Source: Bdellovibrionales bacterium (GTDB lineage Bacteria > Bdellovibrionota > Bdellovibrionia > Bdellovibrionales > JAUICD01). From it: a stretch of 64,000 bases of DNA. Numbering within the stretch: the first letter of the stretch is position 1; each line of letters opens with the position of its first letter. The notes under the pieces were generated by a model. It saw only the letters and a program-made list of their open reading frames with translations. It was not told the origin of the DNA and did no database searches. The stretch is taken from NCBI GenBank assembly GCA_965203275.1, contig OZ241865.1, forward strand, positions 1,344,001-1,408,000. Direction: 5' to 3'. Of this stretch, positions 60,256-64,000 are shown piece after piece. The position numbers were made by a program, and so were the translations under genes.

Positions 60256-60537
60256 TCAAAATAAATCATGCCTCTGGCATGTTTTCTGGCAGTTAGCCCA
60301 ACGGCTTATCGCCGTTGATCAAAGGCTAACTGCCTAGAAAATCCATTTATTTTGAGTAGGGAGGATCCTTTTTTTTTCTTAATACCATGTTAAGGAAAAA
60401 GTTCTTTTTAAACCCGCCAGGGCTTGGGAGGAAATTTTTTAGATGCAAAAATTCATTACAATCAATACTCTGGAACCTGATCCCGGATCCCTGATCCCGG
60501 ATCCCGGATCCCAGATCCCGGTTCCCGGATCCCGGAT
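60250..60537 (+). repeat. Module A + tail + ~80-nt extension + heptamer array (direct repeat 1 around tmk)
   Basis: Extension AAACCCGCCAGGGCTTGGGAGG...CTCTGGAACCTGATCCC shared with the 61275 copy. Confidence 0.9.
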
Positions 60538-60581
60538 AAACACCTCTAATACCAACATCTTACATCTTAACGTATAGATAT

Positions 60582-61232
60582 CTAAGTAGCTTCAATGAAT
60601 TTTCTTGCAATGATCTCTTTGATCACAGCTTGCTTGAGCTGAGACACATCTTGTATGGAATTCAATACAAGCCACTTATTTGGTTCTTCATTAATTTGAT
60701 CTAAATAAGCTTGTCTAACATTTTGATGAAACTCTATATTTTCAAGCTCAAAGCGATCGAGTGCAATACCATCCTTTTGGCTACGAATATGGCAACGTCT
60801 TTGGGCTTCCTCAACAGGAAGATCCAAAAATACAATGAGATCAGGAGATAGTCCATTTGTTGCAAAAAAATTGAGCCACTGCACATCTTTAATATTTAAC
60901 TGCCGTCCACCCGCTTGAAAGGCCACAGAGCTATAAGTGAAGCGATCACACAACACCCAGCCTTTTTTATTTAAAAAAGGTTTAATTTTATGTTCAACAT
61001 GTTGCGATCGGATGGCCTCGTAAAGTAGGAGTTCTGCCTTAGGGGTCGGGATATCAGAGTCTTTACTTTTATGACGAGTTAAAATACTTCTCAGTTCATA
61101 TCCTAAAGGAGTTCCTCCTGGCTCTTTTGTTATTAGATATTCAATATTTTTTGAAGATAACCAAAAGGCAAGCTCTTTGATCAAAGTGCTTTTGCCAGAT
61201 CCATCCAATCCTTCAAAAACTAAAAATGCCAT
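60582..61232 (-). CDS. tmk: Thymidylate kinase
   Basis: FEGLDGSGKST, EPGGT, LCDRF..SS.A.Q, PDL..FLD. Confidence 0.96.
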   Translation of the reverse strand: MAFLVFEGLDGSGKSTLIKELAFWLSSKNIEYLITKEPGGTPLGYELRSILTRHKSKDSDIPTPKAELLLYEAIRSQHVEHKIKPFLNKKGWVLCDRFTYSSVAFQAGGRQLNIKDVQWLNFFATNGLSPDLIVFLDLPVEEAQRRCHIRSQKDGIALDRFELENIEFHQNVRQAYLDQINEEPNKWLVLNSIQDVSQLKQAVIKEIIARKFIEAT

Positions 61233-61274
61233 AATTAAAAGTTTTTACCTCAATAAAGAATGGAAGTCAATTTG

Positions 61275-61614
61275 TCTCACTCAAAATAAATCATGCCTCT
61301 GGCATGTTTTCTGGCAGTTAGCCCGACGACTACCGCCGTCGTAAAAGGCTGGCTACCTCAAAAGTCCGTTTACTTTTAGTAGGGGAGGATCCTTTTTTTT
61401 TCTTAATACCATGTTAAGGAAAAAGTTCTTTTTAAACCCGCCAGGGCTTGGGAGGAAATTTTTTAGATGCAAAAATTCATTACAATCAATACTCTGGAAC
61501 CTGATCCCAGATCCCGGATCCCGGGATCCCGGTTCCCGGATCCCAGGATCCCGGATCCCGGTTCCCGGATCCCAGGATCCCGGATCCCGGATCCCGGATC
61601 CCGGGATCCCGGAT
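61275..61614 (+). repeat. Chimeric module A + tail + extension + long heptamer array (direct repeat 2 around tmk)
   Basis: Left arms like the 60250 copy, right arms like the 36696 copy; GATCCCG array 61503-61614. Confidence 0.9.
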
Positions 61615-61619
61615 GAATA

Positions 61620-61711
61620 CCATATTAAGAAACAAAAGGATCTTCCCTTACTTGAAATGAACGGCATGATGCATTTTGAGTGAAAATGACGGCTAGTTCA
61701 ATTTTAGGGAA
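61620..61711 (-). repeat. Collapsed reverse A copy with a 49-bp block identical to 52691-52739
   Basis: TTCCCTAAAATTGAACTAGCCGTCATTTTCACTCAAAATGCATCATGCC on the minus strand at 61663-61711. Confidence 0.85.
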
Positions 61712-61822
61712 CTGGTGATTTGCAAAAAAGAGAGTGGATGCTGTTGCTTTGGCTTGGGAATAACTTGGAATTTAAAAAGATGGAATTAGTTGCATGAAGT
61801 TAAGCTTATTAAAATACAAGTA

Positions 61823-64000
61823 TTAGCATGAAGTTAAGTAGTCTAGTCTACAGGTTATACGTGTTCCTCCATTAAGTCCTTTACAGTCCCAAGAACAATT
61901 AAAATATGGGCTTTCACCTCCTTCTGGTAAACACAACTGAGTACCCTGATCTAGTCCACCACCTCCCCCGCAAAGATAACAATTATTCTGATCGGTGGAA
62001 TGACAGCTTCCGTTGACGGGGTCGCCTCGGACCCAGCATCCATTTTGTTGTTTACATGTATCATTACCAGAGACACTGGTACAGCTGGATTCATCGTTGT
62101 ATTGTCCAGTGCCAGTGCAAGTTGGCGTGCTTTCTTTTGTTTTTGAACATGAAACTGTGTTTCCACCATGTACACAAGACCATTTATAATGAGTTGTTGT
62201 GTCAGGTACTTGACGGAGTGTGCCTCTACTACAACTATTTCGTGTATTATTGTTACAAACTGGAGTTTGTGAATTAGAATTTGGATTAGAATTTGAATCA
62301 GCTTCCTTTGTTTTTGAACATGGAACTGTGTTTCCACCAAGTACACAATGCCACTTATACTTAGTAGCTGTGTCAGCTAAGCTATTATCGTTTGCTGTAC
62401 CTCTACGACAACTATTTCGTGTATTATTGTTACAAACTGGAGTTTGGGAATTAGAATTGTCAGAATCATCAGAATCTTCATCAGATTCTTCATCATCAGA
62501 ATCAGAGTCATCGTCAGAATCTGAATCATCGTCGGAATCGGAGTCTTCATCGGAATCTTCAGAATCATCAGAGTCATCATCAGAATCTGAACTAGGTACG
62601 GAAGTTCTATAACAGCAATGGTTCATCGTACCTTCTTTGATTTCCCAGATATCTCCTACTCCTAGGCTAGTACTAGGAGGATCAACGTGCATCCAACCGC
62701 CACGTCCAGTTCCATGTTTGCTTAACTCATTACAATCTATAGAAGAAGCAATATGTGAATCATCTGCCTCATTTGTATTGCTTTCTGCGTCAGGTTCTGC
62801 TCCATAGCTTCCATAACCTATTAGATGTGCAGCATATCCACAAGATGGATAACACGTTCCATTCACATCTCTAACATGACATGTGAATGGTTCATTAGTA
62901 GCACACCCTGCTGATTCAGCACAATAAGACCCTGTACATCCTCTGCCACAGGCTCCATGGGGATCAGGTGTATTATCAGGAGTCGGATTAGGGAGTGGAG
63001 TGCCACCACAGGCAGGTCGTAGGCTACATTTTTCTTGTAAGTCATTCACTTCTAAACGAGGATTATTTTGAGTACAACCGTTGCCTGTATGCCGTAGACA
63101 GGTTCCATTCTTGAATTCCACAGAACAAGACCCTGGTCCGACTGCTTTACATTCACCATCTATGTCCTGTTTGCCAACAACTTCCAAGTCACATGACCTA
63201 CTTGATCCTTGACATTTCCCCTGGTTTTCACCCTCATCACCATCAGGTTCTTCATCTGATTTATGTGGACCGCCATTACCATCAAGAAGACACTTCACTG
63301 GGTTTTCATTAGGTGGAATACCAGTTTTTCCACACTTATCTTCATCGTCCTGTGCAGCAAGGTTATATTTCCACCGACACTTTACTCTAACACTGTCACA
63401 TGTTTTGGTTGATTTTCTATTATTTTTATTTAAGTAACAAAAACCTTTCTTTAGATCACCCTTATTCTTATCATAACCTCCTCTTCCTATATCATTATTT
63501 TTGCATTTACCAGGTTCTGTAAACTCACACGAGGTATTTCTACGCTTACCATGACAAGGTCCACTACCAGTATTTGTTTCTGTCAGTCCTTCTGCTGTTC
63601 CCTTGCAGGGAAGTGTATATGTGCAAGTATTTAAACCTAGTGGTGGACAGCCAGATGCAGTTTGATCAGTATTAGATTGTGTACCTCCTTTAGGATTGCT
63701 ACATTCTGTTTTTCCTCCTGGATCAGGATCGCCACATCGTGCATAATCTACTCCATTACAATAAGGTCTAGTAGCATCACAGCAAACAAAACCACTCTCA
63801 CAAGGCACATATTGACAACTACCTCCTCTTCCTCTACCACTTCCAGGAGGCGACACATACACGCCCCATTTTGCTACCTTAACGGAAGTGCCTCCACAAA
63901 TATGGTAATACTTAACTCCTACATTGTTAGGATTACAACCATCATGGTCTGTAAGAAGATCTTGTGTTGTCAGTTCACAATTAATGGGAGAACCATTGCC
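61823..64000 (-). CDS. Giant Cys-rich protein, paralog of 48423-52617 (5' part outside window)
   Basis: Frame open to window end; shares DHDGCNP..GVKY.HICG, KWGVYV, PKGGTQS..D.T.SGC.PLGL..C.YTLPC, C.PSCG.AA with the paralog; acidic DSDDD linker and two internal NSQTPVCNNNTRNSC repeats. Confidence 0.85.
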   Translation of the reverse strand, partial: GNGSPINCELTTQDLLTDHDGCNPNNVGVKYYHICGGTSVKVAKWGVYVSPPGSGRGRGGSCQYVPCESGFVCCDATRPYCNGVDYARCGDPDPGGKTECSNPKGGTQSNTDQTASGCPPLGLNTCTYTLPCKGTAEGLTETNTGSGPCHGKRRNTSCEFTEPGKCKNNDIGRGGYDKNKGDLKKGFCYLNKNNRKSTKTCDSVRVKCRWKYNLAAQDDEDKCGKTGIPPNENPVKCLLDGNGGPHKSDEEPDGDEGENQGKCQGSSRSCDLEVVGKQDIDGECKAVGPGSCSVEFKNGTCLRHTGNGCTQNNPRLEVNDLQEKCSLRPACGGTPLPNPTPDNTPDPHGACGRGCTGSYCAESAGCATNEPFTCHVRDVNGTCYPSCGYAAHLIGYGSYGAEPDAESNTNEADDSHIASSIDCNELSKHGTGRGGWMHVDPPSTSLGVGDIWEIKEGTMNHCCYRTSVPSSDSDDDSDDSEDSDEDSDSDDDSDSDDDSDSDDEESDEDSDDSDNSNSQTPVCNNNTRNSCRRGTANDNSLADTATKYKWHCVLGGNTVPCSKTKEADSNSNPNSNSQTPVCNNNTRNSCSRGTLRQVPDTTTHYKWSCVHGGNTVSCSKTKESTPTCTGTGQYNDESSCTSVSGNDTCKQQNGCWVRGDPVNGSCHSTDQNNCYLCGGGGGLDQGTQLCLPEGGESPYFNCSWDCKGLNGGTRITCRLDYLTSC

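Overview
AT-rich bacterial chromosome segment, most likely from Bdellovibrionota. The evidence is a Bd0055-type bacterial histone, lipoproteins with an FQNC lipobox, a mevalonate-pathway decarboxylase and type IV pilin-like genes. Housekeeping genes include purA, dprA, khpA, rpsP, dut, transaldolase, fusA, nusA, infB, queE, tRNA-Asn, gcvT, folD, cusB/cusA-like, maiA, mvaD, cutA, carB, holB and tmk. Accessory features include an IS1634-family element with a 307-bp direct repeat of flanking DNA, two near-identical Rpn (PD-(D/E)XK) genes with internal RBS/ATG, a signal-peptide-bearing Clp-like protein, two paralogous giant Cys-rich proteins (one with a visible prepilin leader) and an ankyrin-SpoIID lipoprotein. 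The prepilin-led gene and the ankyrin-SpoIID gene are each broken by a long poly-C tract. The most striking feature is a modular family of non-coding repeats in at least 15 whole or partial copies. It has a ~100-nt four-helix module (A) whose stems differ in sequence between copies but stay complementary, a GTAG-hairpin-TGTTAAGGAAA tail, a ~195-nt long-hairpin module (B) ending in a G-quadruplex-like motif, and GATCCCG heptamer arrays. Copies stack inside one another at fixed loop positions, sit at stop codons and next to RBSs, bracket accessory genes, and surround a truncated four-helix-bundle (Avd-like) gene inside the tmk-holB interval. All assignments come from reading the sequence; no database searches were run.
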